Shown here: positions 19,743-30,289 of the stretch, in pieces
Layout: each line of letters starts with the position of its first letter
How positions within the stretch are numbered: position 1 is the stretch's first letter
Virus record (IMG/VR): IMGVR_UViG_2622736592_000004
Coordinates: 1-64,000 of that record
Origin: a virus
Taxonomy: Duplodnaviria; Caudoviricetes
Length of the DNA stretch: 64,000 nucleotides
Direction: 5' to 3' (one strand)
The notes under the pieces: model-generated
Databases searched by the model: none
The model's input: only the letters and a program-made list of their open reading frames with translations
Told to the model about the DNA's origin: nothing
Program-made: the position numbers and the translations under genes

Positions 19743-22700
19743 ATGAAGGTCACCGCCACCCGCACCACCGACACCCACGGCCACCCCCTCCACCAAGGCG
19801 ACTGGGTGCACTACCGGGGCTCCTACACGCCCGCCTACGGGCAGCTCGCCCAGGTGGTCGGCATCAACTACGACCTCACCATGAACCTCACCGTCGCCGG
19901 TGGGGCCGCGAAGCTGCGCAACGTGCGCCGCGCCTCGGTCGCCCACGCCGCCAACAACGGCCGCTGAACCGCCAGTCAATGCCAAGGGGGTAGTCATGCA
20001 GGAGATCCGCCACACCGCCGGCCAGGTCCGCTACCTGTACGGCACCCCCACCCGCATCCTCGAATTCCGGGCCCTCCCCACCGCAACGACCACCATCGAA
20101 ACGCTGATCGTCCACGTGCCCGCCTGCAACGGCGACCAGTGCGCCGCCCACGGCTGGGACTGCGACGCCGAAACGCCCGGCGACACCATCACCCTCGCGT
20201 GGTGGGCCGGCGACGACGCGGGCATTTGGGCCGGGCTCGCCGCCTACGCGGTCGCCCAGGACATCAACAGCATCCCGCAGCCGCCGGTCGAGCCGTCCCA
20301 CGAGCAGCGGGCGCTGATCGGTCGACTCCGCGCCATCGCCGACCGCATGACCAACAACTCCGGCGACTTCGCCTGACAGGAGCCCTGCCATGCCTCGCAA
20401 GACCTGCACCCTCTGCCCCGGATGCAACGCTGACCTGAACGCCCGCAGCGTTACCCCCAGCGCCAAGCGGCCCGGCTGGTGCACCGACTGCGCACCCGAC
20501 AAGACCACCCACCTCATCCTCGCCGGGGACTTCGCCACGTTCTGCGGCAAGCTGACGCACGAGATCAACGCCGACCCGGACGTGACCGTGAACGCGTATG
20601 AGCCGCTGTTTCCCGGCGGCAGCGACACCAACTGCGCCGACTGCACTCGGGTGCTTCGCCGCAAGCAGCGCGGCCACTGAGCCGCCAGAGGTAAACGCCG
20701 GTCGGCCGTCGAAGGCCGCGAGCCCGGGAGTCGTATCCCGGACCGGCGACCACAACCCCGCCCACCCGTCACGGAAGGAAACCCCGATGACCGCCCCCAC
20801 CACCTGCACCCCCGACACCGTCGAGGTCACCACCCCCGGCGGCACCCACCACTACGACCGGCTCACCCTCGCCCTCGCCTGCCGCCTGTGGCGGTCCGGC
20901 CCCTACACGGCCACCTGGGCGGACCGCACCACCTGCACGGCCGCCGCCCTCCACGGCGACCTGCCGTGCCTGACCCGGGTGGAGTGCCTCCGGTACGCCG
21001 CCGCCGCCGAACACATCAACCGCAGCCACTAGCCCCGCAGACAGGAGCCCCGCCGTGAACGTCACCTTTACTGCCGACGACGACACCCGGGTCACCGTCA
21101 CCACCGACCGCCGCACGTTCCGGGGCCTCGACCGGGAGCGCCTGGAACTGGCGTGGCTGCTGTGGCTGGAGATCAGCAACCCGGTCGCGCTCGCCGCCGA
21201 CGCCCTCCACCGCGCCAACATCACCCTCTGACCCGCAGGCAGGAGCCCTGACATGTCCGCTAAGCGCAAGAAGTGGAAGGTCACCTACGTCGGCAGCGAC
21301 GCCGTTGACCAGTTCACCTCCGAGAAGGCCACCCACGAGTGGCTGCGATCCCTCGCCAACGCTCCCGACAGTAAGAGTCAGCGCGTGCAGGTGTGGGTGG
21401 ATCAGGGCGACGGTCGGTGGCAGCTCCACGACGAGGAAGACCTGTCCGAGTGGGCTGCGAAGCCTTGACCCGCCCAGCCTTCGCATCCATGCCGTGAGGG
21501 TGCCGGATCGAATCCGGCCGGAGGCACCACACCCGACCGCCGCCTCAACGCGAAGGAGCACCAGGAATGGCCAACCTCGAAACCGCCCGAGCCGCAGCCC
21601 ACGCCGCTGCATATCAGCCGCTCGCCGACACGAACATTGACAACAAACTCGCACACAAGGCCGCCACCGCAGTCGTGGACGCCCTGCTGGACGCCCGGAC
21701 CGGCCGAGGGCTCGCCTACCTGCGCGGCATGCGATCCACCGTCTACCAGATGCGCGTGCTCAACGCCATGAACACCACCACCAGCTCCGACTTCACCCTG
21801 TTCTTCGGCCGTATGCCGATGTACCGGGCGATCGAGGCTGCCGCCGCCGAGCTGGTGGCCGCGTTCGGCCGTCGCTGAGAAAGGAGCCTGCCATGGCAAC
21901 CGCCTACCTGACCGCCACCCCCGCCGGGCTGCACCTGCGCCTGTCAAACCGAGGATTCACCTTCGACAGCTTCCACATCACCGCCGTCGCCGACGAAGAC
22001 GCCACCACCACCGCAGACCGTCTGCTCGCCGACCACGGCTGGAAGGCCACCGACGGATGGGAGCAGCAGCGAACCGGCGGCGTAGCGCTTTGGGCGGCGC
22101 TGATCGACGCGAAGGAGCAGTGACCATGCCAAAGCCGCACCCGACCAACGCCGAGTACGTCGACCTAGCCCACTACTCCCGCGCCCTCGACGAGATCCAC
22201 CGCCTACGCGCAGCCCTCGCCTACGAAGCCGGTGTCACCGCCGCCCACCTCGGCCTCGCCACGTTCCCCAAGTCCCGGCGCGAGTTCGCTGAGGAGCAGG
22301 TCGAGCGGATGCGGGCCGCCGCCCGAGGGGAAGCCGAAACCGCCTACACGATTGGCGGCTGGCGGATGCAAGCTGCGCTTCGTGACGCTGGCGCATCCGA
22401 GACGTTGACCCGCTGGCAGTGGGAGCACGCACCCACCAGCCACGCCTGCACCAACTGTGAGGGCGTCGGCCCCGACTCGTGCCCGTTCAACCCGAAGGGA
22501 GATGACCGTGGCTGACCTGTCGAAGATCGACCACCCGCTCATCGCCACCCAGCAGCAAACCTGCTGGGTCTGCCCCGACCAGTGGGAAGGCACCCTCACC
22601 AACGGCAGCCTCTTCTACTACCGGTACCGCAGCGGCTGGGCGTCCCTCGGCATCGCAGCACCTGGAGGTGAACCGGCTGCCGACCCGGGCGAGGTGGGTG

Positions 22701-22819
22701 TCGCATGGGGCGATCCGCTGCAAGGCGCGTTCGACAGCGACAACGACCGGACACGAGTGTTCACGCTGCTGCTGCGCCGCCGGCTCAACGCGGAAGTTGC
22801 TCGACCGCCGCAGCGTTGA
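19743..22819 (+). other. Run of small rightward hypothetical genes
   Basis: ORFs such as 19743-19967, 20390-20680, 21253-21468, 21567-21878 and 21893-22123; several have an AGGAGCC-type RBS. Confidence 0.55.
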
Positions 22820-22858
22820 CACCCCGCACCAGCCAACCCGCCCGAGGAGACACCACCC

Positions 22859-23512
22859 GTGAAGACGTGGACCATCCAAGCCCCCTACAGCCGCATCAAC
22901 CAGTCCATCCGCGACGCCCTCGGGCTCGACGTGTCCGAGGAATACGGAGATTGGGTCATCGCCGCCCCCTCCATCACGACCGCCGTGCACCTGCTGCGCG
23001 CCCGAACCTTTCCCGACTGGCCCCGCAACGGTGCCGGCCTCATCAAAGCCACGGGAACGGACGTTCAGGCTCTAGCCGCTGCGGGCCGGATCGACCGAGA
23101 GGCTGTGATGGTACGCCCGAGGTGGGCGTGGGACGGCGACCCGGTGGCGGTCGTCGACAAGGGCGGCGACGCCCACCGCATCGGCATCATCAACAACGGC
23201 AGGTTCACCCCCGACGGCGACCACCTGACCGGCCCCGAACGGGCCGCCATGGACGCCTGGACGCGGGGGAGCGCCGACACCACCGGCATGCTGTACGCCG
23301 TCCGCGCCGCACTCGCTGCCGCTGGTCGTGTCGTCACCCCCGAAGCCCGCGACCGACTCGCCCGGCACCTGTACCTCACCGAATGGGTGCCGGCGCTCGC
23401 GCCGCAGGTGGATGCAGAGGCCCGCTGGGACGGGGGTAAGGTGGCGACCCGCGACGACTACCTGCAACGAGCAGACGCCATCCTCGCCGTCATCACCGGA
23501 AAGGACACCTGA
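22859..23512 (+). CDS. Hypothetical protein; N-terminal domain paralogous to 24706..25101
   Basis: GAGGAG RBS; shared IN..(I/V)RDALGL and AL.AAG.I motifs. Confidence 0.7.
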   Translation: MKTWTIQAPYSRINQSIRDALGLDVSEEYGDWVIAAPSITTAVHLLRARTFPDWPRNGAGLIKATGTDVQALAAAGRIDREAVMVRPRWAWDGDPVAVVDKGGDAHRIGIINNGRFTPDGDHLTGPERAAMDAWTRGSADTTGMLYAVRAALAAAGRVVTPEARDRLARHLYLTEWVPALAPQVDAEARWDGGKVATRDDYLQRADAILAVITGKDT

Positions 23513-23592
23513 CGTGTCGACCGAGGACGTGGCTTTGCGGGAGGAGCGGCCCGTCGAGCTGATGGCGGCAATCGCGGACGAGGACGGCAGTC

Positions 23593-23937
23593 GTGGCTGA
23601 CCTCGCAACCCGCACCACCTGCCACGGCAAACTCGTCCGCGACCTCATCCCCGACATCATCACCGCTCGCGGCGGACGACCGGCCACCGTCACCCTCACC
23701 GGCAGCGCCTACCTGGCGGCGCTCGTCGCCAAGCTGCACGAGGAAACCGACGAACTGGCGTCTGCCAGCCCTGCCGAGCGGCTCGGTGAACTGGCCGATC
23801 TGCATGAGGTAGTTGCCGCGCTCACCGTCGAGTTGGGGTACACCGCAGAGCAGGTGCGCGAGGCTGCCGCTGTCAAGCGGGCTGAGCGGGGTGGGTTCGA
23901 CCGGCGGGTGTGGCTGGGGTGGGTTGACCATGACTGA
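23593..23937 (+). CDS. MazG-superfamily NTP pyrophosphohydrolase (KLVRD type)
   Basis: KLVRDLIPDII...KLHEETDEL...ELADLHEV...KRAERGGF. Confidence 0.85.
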   Translation: MADLATRTTCHGKLVRDLIPDIITARGGRPATVTLTGSAYLAALVAKLHEETDELASASPAERLGELADLHEVVAALTVELGYTAEQVREAAAVKRAERGGFDRRVWLGWVDHD

Positions 23938-24705
23938 CGATGGCCTCGTGATCTGAGGGTGTGTGGTTGTGGTGGGGCCGGTTGCTTTCGGGTGGCCGGC
24001 TCTGCTGTTTGTGCAGGCCAAAGAACGGGTTGTCATCATGGCGATTACGTGTCATCATTGATGTGACAGTGAAGGAGGGGGCCAAGATGGCAACCAGAAT
24101 CCCCACCAAGTCGCAGGCATACCTCATCGCCCACTTCGCCGACCGCCCCTTCCCCGAGAAGGCCCGCGCCAACCAAACCACCTACAAGAAGTGCCGCGAC
24201 AACGGCTGGCTCGAAGCCACCGACACCTGGCCCTACCACCAGACCACCGACGACGGCATCGCCGCCCTCAACGCCTACGAACAAGCCAACCAGCCCGCCC
24301 GCGCCGCCCAACACCTCATGGAACTGATCGAGGCGTACGGCAAGGCGTGCTACCTGCACGGCCCCAACACCAGCGACGCCCACCGGCTGCACGAGCAGAT
24401 CCGGCAGGCCATCACCAGGACGGAGGCGTGACCATGACCGACCAGCCGACCACCGTTGAGGCGTACGCCGCCCGCAACCTCGCCCGGCAGATCCGCGACA
24501 CCGCCGCCCGCATCGACGACCTCGCCGACACCATCCGCCGCTACGCCGACGACGTGGACCGAGTCGACAGCAGCCCCGGCCGCCCCGACTACGCCACCGT
24601 CGTCGGCCGCGTCGTCAACGAGGTCGGCACCACCCTGATGAACCTGTCCCTCGGATCGCTGTCCACCACGGCGGTCACCGCCGACACCGCACGCGTCAAG
24701 GGGGA

Positions 24706-25101
24706 GTGACCGCAGTGGCCAAACTCAAGACGTACACACTCGGCAACCAGGGCTTCATCAACAACCACGTGCGGGACGCCCTCGGCCTTCCCTCGCACAT
24801 CCGGCAAGCCCGCGTCATCGCAGTCGCCGCCACCAAAGCCGCCGCCGTGCAGGTACTCGCCGACCACGGCTTCCCCAACCACAGCATCCGTGACTCCGAA
24901 TTCCGTCAAGGCATGGGCAACGACATCGACGCCCTGGAGGCTGCCGGGCAGATCGCAGCGCCCGGAGTCCTGGTGACCTCGATGAGCTTCGGCGGCAGTC
25001 TGCCTGTGGTTCGGATGCAATCCGGTGGGGTGCCGGTCCGGATCGGTCGTCTCGTTGCCCTTGACGGCTTCCGGTATCGGTTTGAGGTGGAGGCACGGTG
25101 A
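24706..25101 (+). CDS. Hypothetical protein, paralog of the 22859 N-terminal domain
   Basis: KTYTL..FINNHVRDALGL...DALEAAGQI. Confidence 0.65.
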   Translation: MTAVAKLKTYTLGNQGFINNHVRDALGLPSHIRQARVIAVAATKAAAVQVLADHGFPNHSIRDSEFRQGMGNDIDALEAAGQIAAPGVLVTSMSFGGSLPVVRMQSGGVPVRIGRLVALDGFRYRFEVEAR

Positions 25102-25793
25102 CCGACAAGCCCACCAAGGTCGACCTGCTCGCCCATCTCGCCGCCATCCCCGCCGAACGGCAGCAAGCCGCAGAAGCGTTCGACGCGAGGGAGGTGGAGT
25201 TGGTGGCTGCCCTACGCCGCGCCGGTGCCACCTGGACCGAGATCGGCGAAGCCCTCGGCAACCCCCACCGGCAGAACGTGCACCGCAAGTTCAAGCCGAA
25301 GATCCAGGAAACCCGCACCGTCCGCGTACGGCCGAAGGAGGACACCGCGACCGAGCCGACCGCGACGCCCCCCACCACCCCGACGGCCCTGCCCACCATC
25401 ACCCCCGGATGCACCATCCACATTCCCGCCGGCATCCACGGGGCACGCCCCATCCGCCTCCGAGTCACCTCCCAACACAACAACCCCGACGGCAGCATCC
25501 ACGCCGTCGGCCGGGCCGTCCGCGCCGACGGCACCCTCGGCCGGCAGACCGGCGTCACCCTCCACCCCGTCCACACGCCGCACATCACCATCGACAGCCC
25601 CCACGACGACATGGCCGCCGGCATCACCACCGCAGGGCGCAGCTACGCCATCGCCCGCACGGGCAGCACCGTGTACGTGTGGGGCGACAGCGACACCCCC
25701 AAAGAGATTCACTGCGGCAGCGACATCGAGGCCGCCACCCGGTTTCGGGAGATCACCGACCGGGCCCGACCCAACCCTGAGGAGACGCCGTGA
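25098..25793 (+). CDS. HTH-containing protein
   Basis: VAALRRAGATWTEIGEALGNPHRQNVHRKF. Confidence 0.75.
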   Translation: MTDKPTKVDLLAHLAAIPAERQQAAEAFDAREVELVAALRRAGATWTEIGEALGNPHRQNVHRKFKPKIQETRTVRVRPKEDTATEPTATPPTTPTALPTITPGCTIHIPAGIHGARPIRLRVTSQHNNPDGSIHAVGRAVRADGTLGRQTGVTLHPVHTPHITIDSPHDDMAAGITTAGRSYAIARTGSTVYVWGDSDTPKEIHCGSDIEAATRFREITDRARPNPEETP

Positions 25794-26155
25794 CCGACCC
25801 CACCATCACTCGACTCGACGCCGGACCCGGCTACCAGTACACCTACTACCTGAACGTCGAGTCGTGGTACTGGCCCGCGATCAAGAACATCGACCACCGC
25901 CCGCAACTGATGGTTGGCAAGTCCGCCGACGGCGGCGGTACCGCATGGGAGTTCGCCATCACCGAGGAGAAGCTCGACAACCGGCGGCCGATCACCGTCA
26001 GACTGTTCGACGAGGCATTCCCCGCCTTCAACGAGATGCACTCGTTCTTCGGTCTGCTGGCCCTCCGGCAGCCGACCACCATCGATCAGGTTCGGGGGAT
26101 CCTCGACGAGCTGGGCGTGGTCGACGCCACCGAGCGGACCGACCCGAACGCCTGA
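25790..26155 (+). CDS. Hypothetical protein
   Basis: GAGGAG RBS; GTGA overlap; hairpin downstream. Confidence 0.65.
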   Translation: MTDPTITRLDAGPGYQYTYYLNVESWYWPAIKNIDHRPQLMVGKSADGGGTAWEFAITEEKLDNRRPITVRLFDEAFPAFNEMHSFFGLLALRQPTTIDQVRGILDELGVVDATERTDPNA

Positions 26156-26214
26156 CCCGACGCCCTCGGGGCCGCCCACCTGTCGCGGGTGGGCGGCCCC
26201 TTCCATCTACCTGA

Positions 26215-26952
26215 TCAGCCCCGTTGGATCCCCGACAGCAGCAGGTCGGCTCGCCCCTGCTTGAGCAAATATGCCCTCAACCGCGCCTTCGCCTCAGGGG
26301 TGTCGTTGTGGACACGATTGAAGATCGGCTTCAACGACTGGATGGCCTTCACCTCGGCCTTCTCGGCACCCGCCCGTGACAGAAACCGCTGCACCTTCGA
26401 GTGGTCCGCAAACTCGGCCCAAGACGACCTGACTGCGTGCGCGGCCTGGCGCACTGACACGTCATTGGTGATGCCGACATAGATGAGCACCCCGCCGGCG
26501 TCGTACCAGAAGTACAAGGCGGTAGGGCTCGCCTCGATCTGGCCGAGGTAGTCCAAGAGGGTCCGGTACTCGACGAAGTCCGGGAAGCGCCGCTCGCTGC
26601 TGATCATTCTCCCGCACACCGCGAGGAATTCCGAGATGTCGCTCTGGTCGTCAACCGCCTTGAAGGTGGACTCGAAGGTGTCGATGTCGACCTCTTGCCC
26701 ACTGTCAGCCAAGCGCAGCAGGGTAACGCAGATGGTGCGGTGCACCCCGAAGAAGTCAATCGGCTTGATGTGTGATCGAGCCCGCTTGATGAGCGGAGCG
26801 CCTCCGCGCATCATGGACGCCAACGCGATCCGCTGGTGAACTTGGTGCATCTTCGGGCTCATGTCGTCCAGAGTCCAAGTGGAGTTCTCGTTCTCCAGCG
26901 GCACCGGCGACATGCACGGTTCGTTGGTCTGGTGCTCGTCTACGCTATCCAT
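26215..26952 (-). CDS. DnaB N-terminal-like domain fused to a GIY-YIG nuclease
   Basis: IKPIDFFGVHRTICVTLLRLADSGQEVD (DnaB_N-like) plus ALYFWYD..LIYVGIT..R..H...E..AI..KPIFN. Confidence 0.7.
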   Translation of the reverse strand: MDSVDEHQTNEPCMSPVPLENENSTWTLDDMSPKMHQVHQRIALASMMRGGAPLIKRARSHIKPIDFFGVHRTICVTLLRLADSGQEVDIDTFESTFKAVDDQSDISEFLAVCGRMISSERRFPDFVEYRTLLDYLGQIEASPTALYFWYDAGGVLIYVGITNDVSVRQAAHAVRSSWAEFADHSKVQRFLSRAGAEKAEVKAIQSLKPIFNRVHNDTPEAKARLRAYLLKQGRADLLLSGIQRG

Positions 26953-27110
26953 CGGGTCGCCTCCCAGGGGCGATCAAGGGCCCGGCCGGTGTTACCAGCA
27001 CCGCGATTCCGGGCCCGTCTTCTTTTGCCCCCCATCCTACCGGGTGTCCGGATCATGCCGGTCGCCGCCAACACGTCAGGCTGCCTCGCAGAACGCTGGC
27101 ACGACCAGCC

Positions 27111-27570
27111 CTACCGCATGTCCTGGTGCACCGCGTCCCGCAGATCCGCCACCGCCCGACGCACTGCCACTACCTCCGGTGATCCTGGCAACATCAGATC
27201 CTCGTCGTGAGTCGGATACTCTTCCCGATCCATCAGCAGCCGCAACTCAGCTTGGGCGTCCCGCAACACCGCCCACGCGTCCTTCGTGCGCGGCAACCCC
27301 AGCAGTTCGATACGTGCCTCCAACGGCAGCGCCGGCTGATACGCCTTCCCGAGCTGCTTCAACTCCCGGTACGAGTCGCACAAGGCGTCAAGCCACACAT
27401 CCCGCCGCTGGCAGTCGGCGATCAGATCCACGTGCAGGGAGATCCGCGCCTCGTGCAGCAGGTTGGCCCGCTGATGGGTGGCCTGCCACCTCGACGCCAG
27501 GTAGGAGCCGACGAGGGCGAACAGGCCACCGGCGACCGCGCCGACGAGGGCTGACAGGAATTCGTTCACC
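27111..27570 (-). CDS. Membrane-anchored hypothetical protein (moron-like)
   Basis: N-terminal TM FLSALVGAVAGGLFALVGSYL followed by a helical domain. Confidence 0.6.
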
Positions 27571-27762
27571 CGGCCAGGGTTGCAGCCGGTGACCACCCGA
27601 CGCGAGATGCTCCCAACTTAGGAGCAACACGTGTTGGAGCGCGGCCGCGCACCTCCAACACGAGGGGCGTCGGCGTTGGAAGTGCAAGAAGCCCCGGCCG
27701 GTGATCCGGTCCGGGGCTCAACGCAACTTTGGCGGGCTGCACGATCAGCCTACCGCGTGTCC

Positions 27763-28536
27763 TCACAGGTCGATGCGGTACTCCAACTGCACCCCATCAC
27801 CCGGATACACGATCTCCCGAGCCACCTCCACCACCCGCTCGCCGGCAAGCATCTTCCGGGTGATCGCCAATACCGGCCCCGCCGACATGCGCAGCGTCTC
27901 CGCCTCCCTGGCGTCCGGCATCCGCGACACCACCGTCTCCACCACTCGCGTCACCCGCACCCCCAGCGATGCCAGATGCCCGATCGCCCCACCCGGTGCC
28001 GGCTCCGACTCCGGTCCCGCCACCCACGTCCCGGCCACCATGTCCGCCAGGTAGTACGACGTCGACATGTGCGTTGGCCAGCCATCCACCCGGAACACCA
28101 GATCGCGGCGCACCAGAGGCGTGCCCTCGGCCACCTCGAATAGTTCGGCGACCTCCGCCGTAGCGGGCTCTTCGGTGATCACCGCGTCGGGGTTGTGCTG
28201 CCCCCATGCGAGGCCGTAGTCATGCGTGACCGACGTCTGCGGGCGTTCCTGGGTGGAGTCCACGTCGGCGCGGTAGCGGGATGAGGCGAGACGCCGGGCG
28301 GGAATGCGGGGGCGCACAAACGAGCCCCGGCCCTTGATGGTGTGGATGCGGCCTTGCGCGCGGAGCACGTCGAGGGCTTGGCGTGCAGTGTTCCGCGCGA
28401 CCTGGAATTCGTTCTGGATGTCCTTGTCGGAGGGGAACGGCATGCCGTTGCCGAGGATGCCCGCGTCTATGCGACGCCCCAGTTCGTCTGCGATCTGGGC
28501 GTAGCGGGGGCGGGGGTCGGCTTCCATGCAGGTCAC
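27763..28536 (-). CDS. GntR/HutC-type repressor with UTRA domain (KorSA-like)
   Basis: PRYAQIADEL...FPSDKDIQNEFQVARNTARQAL..GRGSFV; UTRA-like C-terminus; divergent from the tra operon. Confidence 0.9.
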   Translation of the reverse strand: MTCMEADPRPRYAQIADELGRRIDAGILGNGMPFPSDKDIQNEFQVARNTARQALDVLRAQGRIHTIKGRGSFVRPRIPARRLASSRYRADVDSTQERPQTSVTHDYGLAWGQHNPDAVITEEPATAEVAELFEVAEGTPLVRRDLVFRVDGWPTHMSTSYYLADMVAGTWVAGPESEPAPGGAIGHLASLGVRVTRVVETVVSRMPDAREAETLRMSAGPVLAITRKMLAGERVVEVAREIVYPGDGVQLEYRIDL

Positions 28537-28593
28537 CCTAACGGCCGATCTTGCATCTTTCGCATCGCCTGTAAGGACACCACGCGAATATAC

Positions 28594-28609
28594 CCCGTGT
28601 CTAGACAGG
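28594..28609. promoter_or_regulatory. Putative GntR operator
   Basis: Palindrome TGTCTAGACA fits the GT-N-TA-N-AC consensus of HutC-subfamily GntR regulators. Confidence 0.65.
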
Positions 28610-28627
28610 GTCGGCTAGTCAGGTGTA

Positions 28628-30289
28628 TTGTCCTGTCTCGTGACCAACCACGCGAGCGTCCTCCGCATCCCCGACCCGGGAGAGCCCACCCAGTGGCATG
28701 TGCCGCCGGCCCCCGAACCAGGCATGCTCGACCACGCCACCGGCTGGATCACCGACTGGTTCACCAACCCCGACAACACCATGACCACCGTCGCCGTCGC
28801 CCTCGGACTGCTCCTCACCGCCAAGGTGCTCCGCCGACGCCGCAAGCCCACCACCAACCAACCCACCGACGACCTCACCGCCACCGACCGGGCCATCACC
28901 CGCATCAGCGCCGGCATCGCCACCGTCGTAGTCGCCCTCGGCATGTGGCAGTTCTTCACCGACGTCATCGACGTTCACTGGTCGGTGCGGCTCGTCCTGT
29001 TCTTCTTCATCGAACTCGGCATCTTCGACGCTGCCCGCCGCGCCACCCGCCACCTGTACCGCCACGGCAACCTCGGCAACGCCCACCGGGCCGTGTTCTT
29101 CCTCGCCGGAATCTCAGCCGGGCTGTCCGCCATCCACGCCGACAGCCTCGACCTGCGGCTGTTCCGGATCGCCGCCGCCGTCGTCGCCTCCTACATGTGG
29201 TTCGAGAGCCTCCGCGAGCAGCGCGACATCCTCCACCACCGCAACCCCGGCAAGTACCCGCCCATCACCAGCCGGGGCATCCCGTGGAAGCGCATCGGCG
29301 CGACCCTCGGCCTGGTCGAAGCAACCACCCTCGGAGTCACCGAAGTCGCCACCCAGCGGCGCATCGACCGCCTGTCCCGTCTCCTCAACCACTTCCACGC
29401 CGTCACCGCCGGCACCGACCCCGGCCGCGTCAAGCAGTGGTACATCAGCTTCCTCACCCGCCGGGTGGTGCGGAAGACGCAGGCCGCCTGCAAGTACATC
29501 AACCTCGCCGAGGACCCCGAGGTGCGGAAGATGCTGCTGCGTCGCCTCAACGTCGTCCGGGGCATCGTGGAAGCGACGAAGCCTGACGCCACCCGCCACG
29601 GTGACGTGTGGGCCGACGTCACCCAGATCGCCACCGGCGACGCCGACCGTCACCGTCACGTCATCGACGTTGACGTCACCACCGACGCACCGACGCCCAC
29701 CGTCACCCGTGACGCCGACGGTGACACCCCGAGGGTGACGCCCCCGCAGACGCCTACCGTCACCCGTCAGCCTCCGACGCCCGTCACCCCGCATACCGTC
29801 ACCATCGACGGTGACGCCACCCCGGCAACCGTCACCAGTGACGCCACCGCCGACGCGCCAACCATCACCGTCACCACCGCTGACGCCACGCCCGCCACCG
29901 TCACCCGCCGGCCCGTCACCGTCAGACGCGCCAGCACTGACGTCGCCGTCGTCCGACCCCTCAGCCGCGACCTCCTCGACGAGCGGGTCCGCGACTGGAC
30001 CGTCGACGAAGTCCGCGACTACGCCGCCGGCAAGGCCCGGCAGATCGTCGCCGGGGGAGGCACCAAGAAGGAAGGCATGCGCGTGTTCCTGCTGCTCTGC
30101 ATGGCCCTCGGCGTTGACCCGGCTGGCACGTGGATGGCCGAGCCGGTGGAAGGCGCTGAGTCTGCGGCCCGCACCAACAAGGCGAAGTGGTTCGCCGAGT
30201 GGGCCGTCTACGACGCCGAGCAGATCCTGCTCGCCGAGCACAACAAGATCGTCGCCGAACTCGCCGACGGGGGTGACGTCCGTGCCTGA
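28628..30289 (+). CDS. Spd-like polytopic membrane protein with VT-rich linker and possible C-terminal DNA-binding domain
   Basis: About 5 hydrophobic segments; GTCAC-encoded linker; first gene of the tra operon; start uncertain. Confidence 0.65.
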   Translation: MSCLVTNHASVLRIPDPGEPTQWHVPPAPEPGMLDHATGWITDWFTNPDNTMTTVAVALGLLLTAKVLRRRRKPTTNQPTDDLTATDRAITRISAGIATVVVALGMWQFFTDVIDVHWSVRLVLFFFIELGIFDAARRATRHLYRHGNLGNAHRAVFFLAGISAGLSAIHADSLDLRLFRIAAAVVASYMWFESLREQRDILHHRNPGKYPPITSRGIPWKRIGATLGLVEATTLGVTEVATQRRIDRLSRLLNHFHAVTAGTDPGRVKQWYISFLTRRVVRKTQAACKYINLAEDPEVRKMLLRRLNVVRGIVEATKPDATRHGDVWADVTQIATGDADRHRHVIDVDVTTDAPTPTVTRDADGDTPRVTPPQTPTVTRQPPTPVTPHTVTIDGDATPATVTSDATADAPTITVTTADATPATVTRRPVTVRRASTDVAVVRPLSRDLLDERVRDWTVDEVRDYAAGKARQIVAGGGTKKEGMRVFLLLCMALGVDPAGTWMAEPVEGAESAARTNKAKWFAEWAVYDAEQILLAEHNKIVAELADGGDVRA

